This document shows positions 39,580-50,075 of a stretch of 64,000 bases of DNA, in pieces (within the stretch, counting starts at the first letter, position 1; each line of letters begins with the position of its first letter). A model generated the notes under the pieces. It was given only the letters and a program-made list of their open reading frames with translations, was not told the DNA's origin and searched no databases. The DNA comes from an uncultured Rikenellaceae bacterium (lineage in GTDB: Bacteria > Bacteroidota > Bacteroidia > Bacteroidales > VadinHA17). The stretch is taken from assembly GCA_964634565.1 (NCBI GenBank), contig CAZWLP010000002.1:26856-90855 (forward strand), given 5' to 3'. A program made the position numbers and the translations under genes.

Positions 39580-42500
39580 ATGCATATTTCAGACTTGGTT
39601 TTTCAAAAGAAAAAGATTTTCTATTTTATTATGGTTGCCCTGGTGGTGGGAGGAATATTTTCATTCAGGGCGCTAAGTAAGCTTGAAGACCCCGAGGTAA
39701 TAGCTATGGTTGCCAATGTTGTTACAGTATATCCGGGGGCCTCTGCACACGATGTTGAGATGCAGGTTACCTCTGTCCTGGAAGAGGAAATCTCAGCCCT
39801 CTCAGATATATCCAGCATCAAATCCCGCTCAGAAGCAAATGTGTCGGTTATTGAGCTGAAGCTGGAGATGAGTGTACCCCAGGAGGAGATGCAGCAGCGC
39901 TGGGAATTTCTCAGAAGAAAAATAGACCTGGCCATGAGAAGGATGCCCGAGGGCGTGCAGGAACCTGTGATTTATGATGATGTAAGCGATGTGTATGGGA
40001 TGTTCTATGCCATGGTTGGAGACAGGGGATATTCTTATGAAGAAATGAGTGTTTATGCCGACTTTATAAGACGACAGATGCTTGAAATTGACGGGGTAAG
40101 CAAGGTAAATATTTATGGAGAGCAACATCCGGAAATACTTATTACAATTTCCCCCGACCGCTTTAGTGAAACAGGGATATTACCCCTGCAGATATTTATG
40201 GCTCTGGGGGATTATGCCGGAGAATCATATTCAGGGCATATGTTTAGCGGAGAACAGCAATTGCGGATTACCGTAAGCAATAAGTCATCAAGTATTGAAG
40301 ACCTGGGTAATATTATTATAAGCTCGGCAGCAGGAGCATCATATAAACTTGGTGACCTGGCTGATATAAGCTATGGCTATCCTGATCCAATGAGAAACCA
40401 GCTCTTTGTAAATAACCAGAAAGCCCTTGGAATAGGGATATCAATGGAAAGTGGTGAAAACATTATTCAGGTAGGTAAGGATGTCGAACATTTAATGAGT
40501 GAATTAAGGCCTCGTATTCCTAATGGTTTAAGCTTTGAAAAAGTTTTCTTCCAGCCTGATAAGGTTAGCGATTCTATAAGGGGATTTATGAGAAACCTGA
40601 TTCTTTCCGTTACGGTTGTAATAGTTGTGCTGATGTTTACAATGGGATTCCGGGGAGGTGTAATAATTGGCTCTGGTCTCTTAATAACTATTCTGGCTAC
40701 CTTCCCCTTTCTTCTACTGGCCGATGGAACCTTACAGCGGATATCTCTGGGAGCATTTATTGTTGCCATGGGTATGCTGGTTGATAACGCAATAGTTGTT
40801 CTGGACGGCATACTGGTCGACCGAAAACTAAAAAAAGCCAGGGAAGCCTGTACCCTATCAGCCAAAAAAACAGCTATTCCACTTCTGGGGGCCACAGCTA
40901 TAGCTATTACCGCCTTCTTACCTGTATACCTTTCTCAGGATATTGCAGGCACCTATGCCAGGGACCTCTTTGTTGTGCTGGCAATATCACTTGGTATAAG
41001 CTGGATACTCTCCTTAACACAGGTTCCTGTCTTTGCATCTTTCTTTTACAAGAATAAGAAAGACAGGGGCGAAAAAGATAAGGAAGCACATATTTATAAT
41101 AAACCCCTGTACAGAATCACCCGCAGGATACTTGACTTCAGCCTGCATAACAGACTTATTGTAATAGCAGTAGTGGTAATTTTATTGCTGGTGGCCTTCT
41201 TAAATTTCAAGAAAGTAGATAATACTTTCTTTCCGGATTTTGAATATAATCAGTCTTATATTGAGTACTTACTTCCGGTCGGTAATACACCCGAGAGCGT
41301 TTATGCCGATCTGCTTGAAATATCAGATTATTTAAATTCTTTCGATGAGGTTGATATGGTTGTTACAAGCCTTGGAATGACCCCTATGCGTTATTGCCTT
41401 GTCAGGGGGGTTATGACAGAGAATGCCGACAACTATGGCGAAATAATTATCAACTTTCAAGACTATAAAACGATGAAGAAAATGCAGCCCCTGATTCAGG
41501 ACTACCTGCATTTAAATCATCCTGAAGCGCAAAGCAGGATAAGAGATTATACCTTATCGGTTGCCTCCAGTCACAGGATTGAAGTTGAATTTACCGGGCC
41601 CGACCCTGCAGTGCTTAAGGAGCTAGGCAGAAAGGCAGAGGATTATATGCTCCAGAACAAGCATGTAGATAAGTATACCGTATCTAACGACTGGGAACCA
41701 AAAGCAAAAACACTTAAGGCAATATATAGTCCCATCGCGGGTAACAGGGCCTCAGTTACCAGAGGTGATATCAGCACCTCCATACTTGCTGCAAGCGATG
41801 GACTGCCCCTTACCAGGATCTACCAGGGAGAAACACCCCTTACAGTAAGGTTCCGTATACGCGATAAAGAGGGAAAGAGGATCGAAGATCTTAATGATAT
41901 TCCTGTATGGCCCACAATCCCTAATATCGGAGGCGTGGCAAATATGCAAACAGTATTGGGAATTATGACAGGTGCTATCGTGGCCGACGATCTGCTCGAC
42001 GAAACACTTACCGCTGTTCCCCTGAGCACAGTAACAGATGGTGTAGTGCTCGACTGGGAAGAGCCGCTTGTGCGTCGTATAAACAGTATACGGGCAATTC
42101 AGGCTCAGTGCGATCCGGTCGATAATTTCAGCCCCTCGCATGTACAGGACGAACTTGACGAGTTAATAAGCATTATGCCTCTCCCCGCAGGCTATTCATA
42201 CAGGTGGGTTGGAGAGCAGGAACTGAAGAAAGACGGACTGGAAGGTATATTTGGTATGTTACCCCTGGCCGCAGGTATTATCTTGCTTATTCTGCTTCTT
42301 CTTTTTGCAGACTACAAACGACCATTGATAATTATTTTATGCCTGCCTCTTGCAATTATAGGGATTGTTCCAGGACTTATTCTTTCGGGCCAGCCCTTCT
42401 CATTTGTAGCAATAATAGGAGCGGTTGGTCTTAGTGGAATGATAATAAAAAATGCCATTGTTTTGCTCGATGAAATTAATAACAGACTGTTAAAGTCATC

Positions 42501-42759
42501 TTCAGCCTATCATGCAATTGTTGATGCCACCATTTCCAGAACAAGACCTGTTGTAATGGCATCCCTTACCACTATCCTTGGAATGATACCCTTATTTACA
42601 GATCCTATGTACGCATCACTGGCTGCAACCATTATCGGCGGACTGCTAATAGGTACCCTGGTAACGCTTGTATTTGTACCCGTATTGTACTCTTCTTTCT
42701 TTGCGGTGCCTGTACCACAATCGAAGAACAGACCCGAAATCATAATAGAAAAAGAATAG
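39580..42759 (+). CDS. Efflux RND transporter permease (AcrB/HAE-like)
   Basis: 1059 aa with a 12-TM RND architecture. GMLVDNAIVVLD and GMIIKNAIVLLD are the paired conserved motifs. Confidence 0.92.
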   Translation: MHISDLVFQKKKIFYFIMVALVVGGIFSFRALSKLEDPEVIAMVANVVTVYPGASAHDVEMQVTSVLEEEISALSDISSIKSRSEANVSVIELKLEMSVPQEEMQQRWEFLRRKIDLAMRRMPEGVQEPVIYDDVSDVYGMFYAMVGDRGYSYEEMSVYADFIRRQMLEIDGVSKVNIYGEQHPEILITISPDRFSETGILPLQIFMALGDYAGESYSGHMFSGEQQLRITVSNKSSSIEDLGNIIISSAAGASYKLGDLADISYGYPDPMRNQLFVNNQKALGIGISMESGENIIQVGKDVEHLMSELRPRIPNGLSFEKVFFQPDKVSDSIRGFMRNLILSVTVVIVVLMFTMGFRGGVIIGSGLLITILATFPFLLLADGTLQRISLGAFIVAMGMLVDNAIVVLDGILVDRKLKKAREACTLSAKKTAIPLLGATAIAITAFLPVYLSQDIAGTYARDLFVVLAISLGISWILSLTQVPVFASFFYKNKKDRGEKDKEAHIYNKPLYRITRRILDFSLHNRLIVIAVVVILLLVAFLNFKKVDNTFFPDFEYNQSYIEYLLPVGNTPESVYADLLEISDYLNSFDEVDMVVTSLGMTPMRYCLVRGVMTENADNYGEIIINFQDYKTMKKMQPLIQDYLHLNHPEAQSRIRDYTLSVASSHRIEVEFTGPDPAVLKELGRKAEDYMLQNKHVDKYTVSNDWEPKAKTLKAIYSPIAGNRASVTRGDISTSILAASDGLPLTRIYQGETPLTVRFRIRDKEGKRIEDLNDIPVWPTIPNIGGVANMQTVLGIMTGAIVADDLLDETLTAVPLSTVTDGVVLDWEEPLVRRINSIRAIQAQCDPVDNFSPSHVQDELDELISIMPLPAGYSYRWVGEQELKKDGLEGIFGMLPLAAGIILLILLLLFADYKRPLIIILCLPLAIIGIVPGLILSGQPFSFVAIIGAVGLSGMIIKNAIVLLDEINNRLLKSSSAYHAIVDATISRTRPVVMASLTTILGMIPLFTDPMYASLAATIIGGLLIGTLVTLVFVPVLYSSFFAVPVPQSKNRPEIIIEKE

Positions 42760-42764
42760 CACAG

Positions 42765-44180
42765 ATGAAACAAATTTTATATATATCAGTATTCCTGTTC
42801 CTTTTTATGTCTGTTTCTCAGGCTCAGGACACTTTGAGTCTTGATCTGAAACAATGCAGGTTGATGGCCATTGAGAACAGCGAAAGGATTAAAATTGCAG
42901 AAACAACACTCGAAAAAGCAGGCTATGAGAAAGCAGCAGCCAGGTCGGCCTGGCTTCCAAATATTTCTGCATCAGTATTGGGAATGTATAGCAAAACAGA
43001 GATAAATCAGCAGATATATCTGCCTGTATATAATTTTGATATAGCTACCGGTGAATTGGTGCCAGACCTTGCAATTAATCCGCTGGATGGACAGCCTATA
43101 ATGGGTTCTGACGGAAACCCCGTATTTAATACCTATGCTTATCTGCCCCTTGATTTTAGCCTTAATGGAGGACTACTGGCCTCACTACGCGCCGAACAGC
43201 CTCTTTATGCCGGCGGTAAGATTATTACCGGAAACAGGATGGCTGCCCTGGGATATGAAATGGCTCAGTTAAATACCGAACTAAACAGGCACCAGGTTCT
43301 CTATGAGGCCGACCAGGCATATTATACTTATATAAGCGTAGCTGAGAAGCTTAAGCTGGCCGAGAAATATTGTACCCTCCTCAAACAGCTTGTTGCCATG
43401 GTGGAAGATTCCTATAATACAGGAATGACCAATCGCAACGAGTTGCTAAAGGTACAGGTGCAGCTTAATGAAGCCCTTTTGCAGGCACAGAAAGCAAGAA
43501 GCGGACTTGAGCTGAGCAGAATGGCTATATGCAGATTAACAGGAAGTGACTTTTCAACACCACTGATGATAAATGACAGCATCAGAGTTGGCCTGCCCAT
43601 TAATACAGCCTTACTGCCACCTGATGCCACAAACAGGTATGAATACCGGCTTTTGGAGCAAAAGACTGTTTTAGCTGATATGAATATTAAAATGATTCTT
43701 GGCGACTATCTGCCTGCAGCCGGTATATCACTTGGATATAATTATTATAATATTAATCTATCCGGTATGGATAATTATGATTCTGACGGTATAAACGCCA
43801 TAGCCAGTATCAGCATCCCTATTACAAAGTTCGGTGAGGGAAGGGCGAAAATAAAATCCGCCAGGGCCGACAGGGAGATAGCACAGATGGAGCTTGAAAA
43901 AACAGAGAAGCTGCTGCAGCTCGATATTGAGCAGGCCAGGCTTAATCTGCTTGATGCGCTGACAAGAATCGAGATTAGTCGTGCCGCAGTAGAGCAGGCC
44001 GATGAAAATTTAAGAGTGAGTAAAGATAATTATGAGCTTGGCATGGAAACCCTGGCTGGTATGCTTGAGGCTCAGGCCGGCTGGCAAAAGGCCTATAGCT
44101 CTTTAATTGATGCGCGGGCAGATTATAAGATAAAGGAGAGCTACTTTATGAAAGTTACAAACACCCTTAAGGTGCAGTAA
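42765..44180 (+). CDS. TolC-family outer membrane efflux protein
   Basis: 471 aa with a signal peptide. LSLDLKQCRLMAIENSERIK and tandem OEP repeats. Confidence 0.9.
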   Translation: MKQILYISVFLFLFMSVSQAQDTLSLDLKQCRLMAIENSERIKIAETTLEKAGYEKAAARSAWLPNISASVLGMYSKTEINQQIYLPVYNFDIATGELVPDLAINPLDGQPIMGSDGNPVFNTYAYLPLDFSLNGGLLASLRAEQPLYAGGKIITGNRMAALGYEMAQLNTELNRHQVLYEADQAYYTYISVAEKLKLAEKYCTLLKQLVAMVEDSYNTGMTNRNELLKVQVQLNEALLQAQKARSGLELSRMAICRLTGSDFSTPLMINDSIRVGLPINTALLPPDATNRYEYRLLEQKTVLADMNIKMILGDYLPAAGISLGYNYYNINLSGMDNYDSDGINAIASISIPITKFGEGRAKIKSARADREIAQMELEKTEKLLQLDIEQARLNLLDALTRIEISRAAVEQADENLRVSKDNYELGMETLAGMLEAQAGWQKAYSSLIDARADYKIKESYFMKVTNTLKVQ

Positions 44181-44234
44181 GCTGTGTCGGAGAGTGACTT
44201 TTTTTATCTTATCTTTGGATTAACACAGGACATA

Positions 44235-45041
44235 ATGAGCACTGTAAACAGAGATACCAGTTTAGTTATTATTGAGGATGAGCCCCATAATAGCATGATG
44301 CTGAAAGGGATGGTCGGACAGTTAAGGCCAGACTGGAAGATAGAGGCAATCCTGGAAAGCGTTGAGGAAAGTATAGCCTGGTTTAGAAAGAACCCTGGCC
44401 CCGACCTGATATTGATGGATATTCAGCTATCTGATGCAACCTGCTTCTCGATTTTTAATGAAATAAGACTTGACCCCCTCTCCCGTATAATCTTTACAAC
44501 AGCTTACGACGAATATGCTATCCGGGCCTTTAAGGTGAATAGCCTGGATTATCTTTTAAAGCCATTAGATGAGAAGCAATTAAATAATGCTTTTCTAAAG
44601 TTTGAGGAGCAGCGGAAGCTTGATCCTTCACCCCGCTATCTTTTTGATGATTCAGAACACTACCAGGAGATTATTGAATCTATACTAAAGGGTAAAACAG
44701 AATATAGAACCCGTTTTATGATTTCCGGTGTATGTGAGTATAAAAGACTCGACACCAAAAGCATAGCCTATATTTATAGTTCAAATAAATTAAGCCTTGC
44801 AGTTGATAAGCAAGGGAAAGAATATATCCTGGACTATAGCCTGGAAGAGCTGGAAAAAGAACTTAACCCACAGGACTTTTTTAGATTAAACAGGAAGGTT
44901 ATTGTAAATATTGAAGCAATAGAAAAGATTAAAAATGAAACAGGAGGTAAACTTATTGTTACTACCAGTCCGGTATGTGATTTTGAGATTATCGTAAGCA
45001 GGCTTCGGGCTCCCGGGTTTAAGAAATGGATGGGTAAATAA
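44235..45041 (+). CDS. LytTR-family response regulator
   Basis: ATG 44235 gives MSTVNRDTSLVIIEDEP..., a receiver domain. C-terminal LytTR domain (...FFRLNRKVIVNIEAIEKI). Confidence 0.9.
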   Translation: MSTVNRDTSLVIIEDEPHNSMMLKGMVGQLRPDWKIEAILESVEESIAWFRKNPGPDLILMDIQLSDATCFSIFNEIRLDPLSRIIFTTAYDEYAIRAFKVNSLDYLLKPLDEKQLNNAFLKFEEQRKLDPSPRYLFDDSEHYQEIIESILKGKTEYRTRFMISGVCEYKRLDTKSIAYIYSSNKLSLAVDKQGKEYILDYSLEELEKELNPQDFFRLNRKVIVNIEAIEKIKNETGGKLIVTTSPVCDFEIIVSRLRAPGFKKWMGK

Positions 45042-45051
45042 AGCAATAATA

Positions 45052-46098
45052 GTGTTCCAGGAAAGAAACATAGCTAACCTTGCAGCTTTTGGTTCATATA
45101 AACCAGGGGTTTTAGTTGGTCGCATACTTGTGATTTCACTTATATCCATTTTATTGATTCACCTGGCCGGATTAATATCAGGGGAGCAAATCCTTGAAAA
45201 AGAAAGCAGAGGCCTGGTCTACCTGATTGCCTCACTAGCCTTTAACAGTGTGTCTGAAGCAAGCTTCCTTATAATGGTAATTTTTAATAATTCCAGGAAG
45301 CTGCGCTGGAATATTTTTATGCACGTAATTGCAATTGTTTCAGTAACCTTGCTACTGACATCTTTCTGGTTATCATTAGTCCAGAATATGTTTAAGGAAG
45401 TCGATATTTTTAATAATACCGTAACCCAGATAGTTATAATAGTTGGACTGCTCCTTCTGGTTATCCTGATACTGCTGGTAAAGGTTTCTAACCTGACAAA
45501 AGACTGGATGGAGAACAGGGAGGAGATAGACAGGTTAAAGCAGGCCAAACTGCAGGGTGACTATAATTCACTTAAAGACAGGCTGAATCCTCATTTTTTG
45601 TTTAATAACCTGAGTGTCCTAAAATCACTGATCCGTTATAACCCGGCCCTCGCAGAACTGTTTATTAAGAATTTCACAGATGTATATCGTTATGTGCTCA
45701 AAAGCCATGAAGAAGATACTGTTAATCTGCATGATGAACTGGAATTTCTGAGGTCTTATATTGCCCTTCACAAAGAACGAATAGGAGAGGGACTGGAGGT
45801 GGAGATTAATGTTCGGGAGGAAGAGATGGATAAGGAGATTGTACCGATGGCCCTACAACTGCTTGTCGAGAATGCCATAAAACACAATATAGCAAGTAAG
45901 TCCAGTCCATTGAAAATAGAGGTTTTTACAGAAGGGGATTACCTGGTGGTTGTTAATAACCTTAATAAAAAAGAAACGACATATTCAACACAAACAGGGA
46001 TTAGTACCCTTGACTCCCGGTACAGACTATTATGTAATAAAGGCCTGGATATTAATACCAGCGACACACACTACCGGGCAGGTATACCATTATTATAA
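45052..46098 (+). CDS. LytS/YehU-type sensor histidine kinase
   Basis: Multi-TM N-terminus, then a His_kinase motif LNPHFLFNNLSVLKSLI and an HATPase N-box LLVENAIKHN. GTG start. Confidence 0.88.
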   Translation: MFQERNIANLAAFGSYKPGVLVGRILVISLISILLIHLAGLISGEQILEKESRGLVYLIASLAFNSVSEASFLIMVIFNNSRKLRWNIFMHVIAIVSVTLLLTSFWLSLVQNMFKEVDIFNNTVTQIVIIVGLLLLVILILLVKVSNLTKDWMENREEIDRLKQAKLQGDYNSLKDRLNPHFLFNNLSVLKSLIRYNPALAELFIKNFTDVYRYVLKSHEEDTVNLHDELEFLRSYIALHKERIGEGLEVEINVREEEMDKEIVPMALQLLVENAIKHNIASKSSPLKIEVFTEGDYLVVVNNLNKKETTYSTQTGISTLDSRYRLLCNKGLDINTSDTHYRAGIPLL

Positions 46099-46140
46099 AT
46101 TCTGGCTACAACCTAAGGCAGATAAACTACTTTGCCTGAC

Positions 46141-47505
46141 TTATATATTCTCCCTTTCTTCAGCATGGCTTTTCAGGAAAAAAGCCGCAACCAATATCAG
46201 GATCAGCAGGAGCGACTGGTAAAGAAAAACATTCCTGTATCCCGACATATCAGCTACCCGGGCAATAACAACACCAATAAGCGATGCCCCTGTTAATTGT
46301 CCCAGGCTTATAAAGATAGTAAGCATGCCCTGCGTTACTGCCCGATCAACAGCCGAAGCTTCATTTAGCATAATATATCTCAGGGAGCTGCCGGAAAGCA
46401 CAGATAGTCCCAGACCGATCAGAGCACCGGAAGAATAAAACAGAAGCCTGCTTTCCTCCACCCTGTGTAATAAAAAGAAACCTGCTCCGGCAAGCGTGAT
46501 CCCCAGAATTATTATCAGACGCGATCCATATATATCTATCAGTCGGCCAAAAACAGGCGAGCCAATAGCTGTTGCCAGCACAAGTGGCACAAGCATAAAG
46601 CTGGCCTCCGAAGTACTTATTTTAAAGACCCCTACGGCAAAACTTGGTATAAAAACAAAGGACGATTGCAGGATTCCTGTTGCCATCGCAATTGTGCCGG
46701 CCAGAACAAACTGCCTGTTTTGAAGATAGGTGAGTTTAATTACAGGGTTCTGGGCACTTCGCTCAATAAAAAAGTTTATTACAAGCAAGGTGAGCGATGC
46801 CATAAGAAAGGGAAATACTTTTATCGAGAGCAGGCTGTGAAAGAAATTTTCTGATTCAAGGTGATTTATTCCGTAAGTAAAGGAGGCTAGAAGAAGGGCA
46901 AGCGTTAATAGTCCCTTCCAGTCGAAAAGCCCCGACTCCTGCACCTTTGTCTGGGGGAGGAATCTGTAACTTGCTACAATCAAAACAATGACTATTGGAA
47001 TATTTATAAGAAATAAGGATGTCCACTCAAAATATTTAAGCAAAACCCCGGCAATAATAGGCCCGATAAGAAAAGCCAGACCAAATACAGCGCCTATCAA
47101 ACCCAGTATCCTGCCTCTTCTTTCTTTTGGGAAAATATCTCCCACAACAGCTGAGGCAACCGGGAATATTCCGCTTGCCCCGAAGCCCTGTATGGCCCTT
47201 CCGGTTAAAAGCGAAGTGTAATCACCCGAGAATGAAACAACTACAGATCCCAGTCCGAAAAGCAAGAGCGAAAGGATATAAATATTTCTTCTCCCGTAGA
47301 TATCGGATAAGCGGGCAAAGAATGATACCCCAACCAGGTTAAATAATACATAGATGGAAAATATCCAGCCCAGTAAACGTGGGTCGACATTAAGTGTTGT
47401 TTCAATAGAGGGAATAGCCGGTCCGACGATAGCAATATCAAGAGCCCCCATAAGAACTCCTGTAAACAGTATTGCCAGTATTGTTCTGTTTGAATACTTC
47501 TTCAT
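46141..47505 (-). CDS. MFS transporter (drug:H+ antiporter-like)
   Basis: 454 aa, polytopic. LSDIYGRRNIY (MFS motif A) and GRAIQGFGASGIFP. Confidence 0.88.
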   Translation of the reverse strand: MKKYSNRTILAILFTGVLMGALDIAIVGPAIPSIETTLNVDPRLLGWIFSIYVLFNLVGVSFFARLSDIYGRRNIYILSLLLFGLGSVVVSFSGDYTSLLTGRAIQGFGASGIFPVASAVVGDIFPKERRGRILGLIGAVFGLAFLIGPIIAGVLLKYFEWTSLFLINIPIVIVLIVASYRFLPQTKVQESGLFDWKGLLTLALLLASFTYGINHLESENFFHSLLSIKVFPFLMASLTLLVINFFIERSAQNPVIKLTYLQNRQFVLAGTIAMATGILQSSFVFIPSFAVGVFKISTSEASFMLVPLVLATAIGSPVFGRLIDIYGSRLIIILGITLAGAGFFLLHRVEESRLLFYSSGALIGLGLSVLSGSSLRYIMLNEASAVDRAVTQGMLTIFISLGQLTGASLIGVVIARVADMSGYRNVFLYQSLLLILILVAAFFLKSHAEERENI

Positions 47506-47702
47506 TATTAATTATTCTCTATGTCAGGAGAATTATTTCGGGCGTAAAAGATAATCATTGAGAATGAATCACCCGCAAAGCTCTAACAAATTTTTCTAAT
47601 TAATCTGTCTGCCGGGAGATCGGCCTGTACATCGATAAAGTTTTCTTGATTCTCATAATATTTCATTGTAAATTGTTGTACCAATTTATTAATTCGGTAA
47701 TA

Positions 47703-49946
47703 ATGAGAAAGATATTTGTTTTGTTAATTTGTTTGGTAACACCTCTTATTCTTTTATCACAGGAGAAAAGAGTGGCCCTGGTAATTGGCAATTCCAATTA
47801 TGAGAATGGAGCTCCCCTGGCAAATCCCGAGAACGATGCTAAAGATATTGGTGAGAAGTTAAAAGCAGCCGGTTTCGATGTCAGTCAATACATTGACCTC
47901 AGTCAGTCAGAGATGAAAAAGGCAATTGATGAGTTTGGTCTTAAACTGAGTACGGCAGAGATTGGATTATTCTTTTATGCTGGCCATGGCATACAATCCA
48001 GGGGGCATAATTACCTGATTCCTGTTGACGCCATGTTAAGAACAGAAAATGACGTTGAATATAATTGTGTTGATGCCGGGAGAATTCTTGCAAAAATGGA
48101 GGATGCCAATACAAGAACCAATATTGTTATCCTTGATGCCTGCAGGGATAACCCCTTTGAAAGAAGCTGGAGCCGTAATTCAAAAGGTAACGGACTTGCT
48201 TATATGGATGCACCCGGTGGTTCATTAATAGCTTATTCTACAGGCCCGGGCAAAACAGCCTTAGACGGGTATAACAGAAACAGCCCCTTTACATCAGGGC
48301 TGCTTGAGTATATAAATACACCAAACCTTAATATTGAAGCTCTTTTTAAACTGGTCAGGATCAAAGTAATGAATAATACTGATGGAGAACAGGTGCCATG
48401 GGAGTCTACTTCATTAACCGGCGACTTTTATTTTAATGCAGACCAGGATAAAACCCAAACCCGACTGGCAGATATCCTGCCCGACTATAATGAGAATTTA
48501 ATTGAACCACTTGATTACGAATCACAAAGACAGCAATTTGCCTCAGAAATAAGATCTGTTGTAATCCTTCCCTTTACAAACTATACCGGCGATGAAAGTA
48601 AGGTTTACCTGGCCTCAGGGATGCACGATGCACTTATAAGTGAACTCGGGCAACTGGGGTCAGTGAGAGTTATATCAAAGACTTCAACACTTCAGTATAC
48701 GGATTTTGAAAAAACCATCCAGGAGATTGCTACAGATCTGAATGTTGACGGAGTAATAGAAACCTCCCTGATCGGCCTGGGAGAAAACCTGAGGATACAG
48801 GTTAAGCTCTACAGCGCCTTCCCTGAAGAGCAGATGTTGTGGTCGAAAGTCTTTACTTCAGATATGAGCGATATTCTGAATCTTTATAACAGGGTTACAA
48901 AGAATATTGCAGACGAAATACAGCTTTCTCTTACTCCCGAACAGGAACTTGACCTTAGAAAAACAGAGATAGTAAATCCTGAAGTCTACGATGCCTACCT
49001 TAGAAGTCAGCAGCTTCTGGCTGAAGGGAGCAAGGAATCGTTGCAGAAAGCCCTGGAATATTTAAACAGTGCTATCCTGAAAGAACCTGACTGGGCCCCT
49101 CTTTATTCGGGACTGGCAGATGTCTGGTTTTTTATACAACAGATGGGATATGAACCACCCTCTGTTGCCTCTCCTGAAATTTACAATAATCTCGATAAAG
49201 CACTTGAACTCGACCCGGACCTTTCAGAGGCGCACTATTATATTGCTATGATTGCTCATATGATAGAATGGGACTGGGAGAAGAGTGAGATGGAGTTTTT
49301 AAAGGCCCTGGCGATTAATCCCAACGACGCCCGGTCACGAATGTTATATGCCCAGTTATTATGTGTTCTTCAGAGAACTGATGAAGGCCTGGCACAGGGA
49401 AGACTGGCATATAATCTTGACCCCTTAAATCCCATGACAAAGATCTGGTATACAGCAGTATTGCTCAGTGCAGATGATTGTAAAACCGCCCTTGGCATTG
49501 CAGAGGAAATTACAGCTCTTGATCCGGGAAACATTATGGGCAATAATGGGATCCTGTTTGCTGCTTTTCGGTGCAAAGAATACAGTAAAGTAATTAAGGC
49601 AGACAGCCATATTCTTCCTTTATATAGCTTCAGCGAAGATGATATAAAGGAAATACAAATGATCTATAAAGAAGAGGGCTTTTTTAAGGCATATGAAGAA
49701 ATATTGACACACCTGGAGGTCTTCGCTGAAAAATATCCCGTTTCGCCTTTTGAACTGGCATACAGATACCTTATGGCAGATAAGCCAGAAAAAGCAATTG
49801 ACTGGCTTGAAAAGGGATATGAGCTACACGATCCGGTAATGACATACATAGGTACAACAATGTTTAATTTTGATCCCTTATTTGATAACCCCAGGTTTAT
49901 CAGCATCGTTGAAAAAATGAAGCTGCCACTGCCCGGCAAAAAATAA
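47703..49946 (+). CDS. Secreted caspase-family (peptidase C14) protein with TolB-N-like middle domain and C-terminal TPR repeats
   Basis: ATG 47703 gives a signal peptide MRKIFVLLICLVTPLILLSQ. RVALVIGNSNY...FFYAGHGIQ (His) ...VILDACRDNPF (Cys) is the caspase dyad. Middle VVILPFTNYTGDES...VDGVIETSL. TPR-like helices follow to the end. Confidence 0.85.
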   Translation: MRKIFVLLICLVTPLILLSQEKRVALVIGNSNYENGAPLANPENDAKDIGEKLKAAGFDVSQYIDLSQSEMKKAIDEFGLKLSTAEIGLFFYAGHGIQSRGHNYLIPVDAMLRTENDVEYNCVDAGRILAKMEDANTRTNIVILDACRDNPFERSWSRNSKGNGLAYMDAPGGSLIAYSTGPGKTALDGYNRNSPFTSGLLEYINTPNLNIEALFKLVRIKVMNNTDGEQVPWESTSLTGDFYFNADQDKTQTRLADILPDYNENLIEPLDYESQRQQFASEIRSVVILPFTNYTGDESKVYLASGMHDALISELGQLGSVRVISKTSTLQYTDFEKTIQEIATDLNVDGVIETSLIGLGENLRIQVKLYSAFPEEQMLWSKVFTSDMSDILNLYNRVTKNIADEIQLSLTPEQELDLRKTEIVNPEVYDAYLRSQQLLAEGSKESLQKALEYLNSAILKEPDWAPLYSGLADVWFFIQQMGYEPPSVASPEIYNNLDKALELDPDLSEAHYYIAMIAHMIEWDWEKSEMEFLKALAINPNDARSRMLYAQLLCVLQRTDEGLAQGRLAYNLDPLNPMTKIWYTAVLLSADDCKTALGIAEEITALDPGNIMGNNGILFAAFRCKEYSKVIKADSHILPLYSFSEDDIKEIQMIYKEEGFFKAYEEILTHLEVFAEKYPVSPFELAYRYLMADKPEKAIDWLEKGYELHDPVMTYIGTTMFNFDPLFDNPRFISIVEKMKLPLPGKK

Positions 49947-50075
49947 GAAGGTCTAAAGTATCTTATTCACATACCATTCCTGTACAAAGCTCTGCCCCAA
50001 TTACAGCCAGACGTTTTGCAATGGAGGTAACAGGGGCGGTCTGGATTTGTTTTTAATATTAAGTTTACATAAAAA

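Noticed and set aside
49990-50060. Possible terminator after the caspase gene (ccagac...gtctgg then atttgttttt)
   Set aside because: The stem is only 6 bp with a 26-nt loop, and a competing gcccc/ggggc pairing is arranged in a non-nested order. It is ambiguous by eye.
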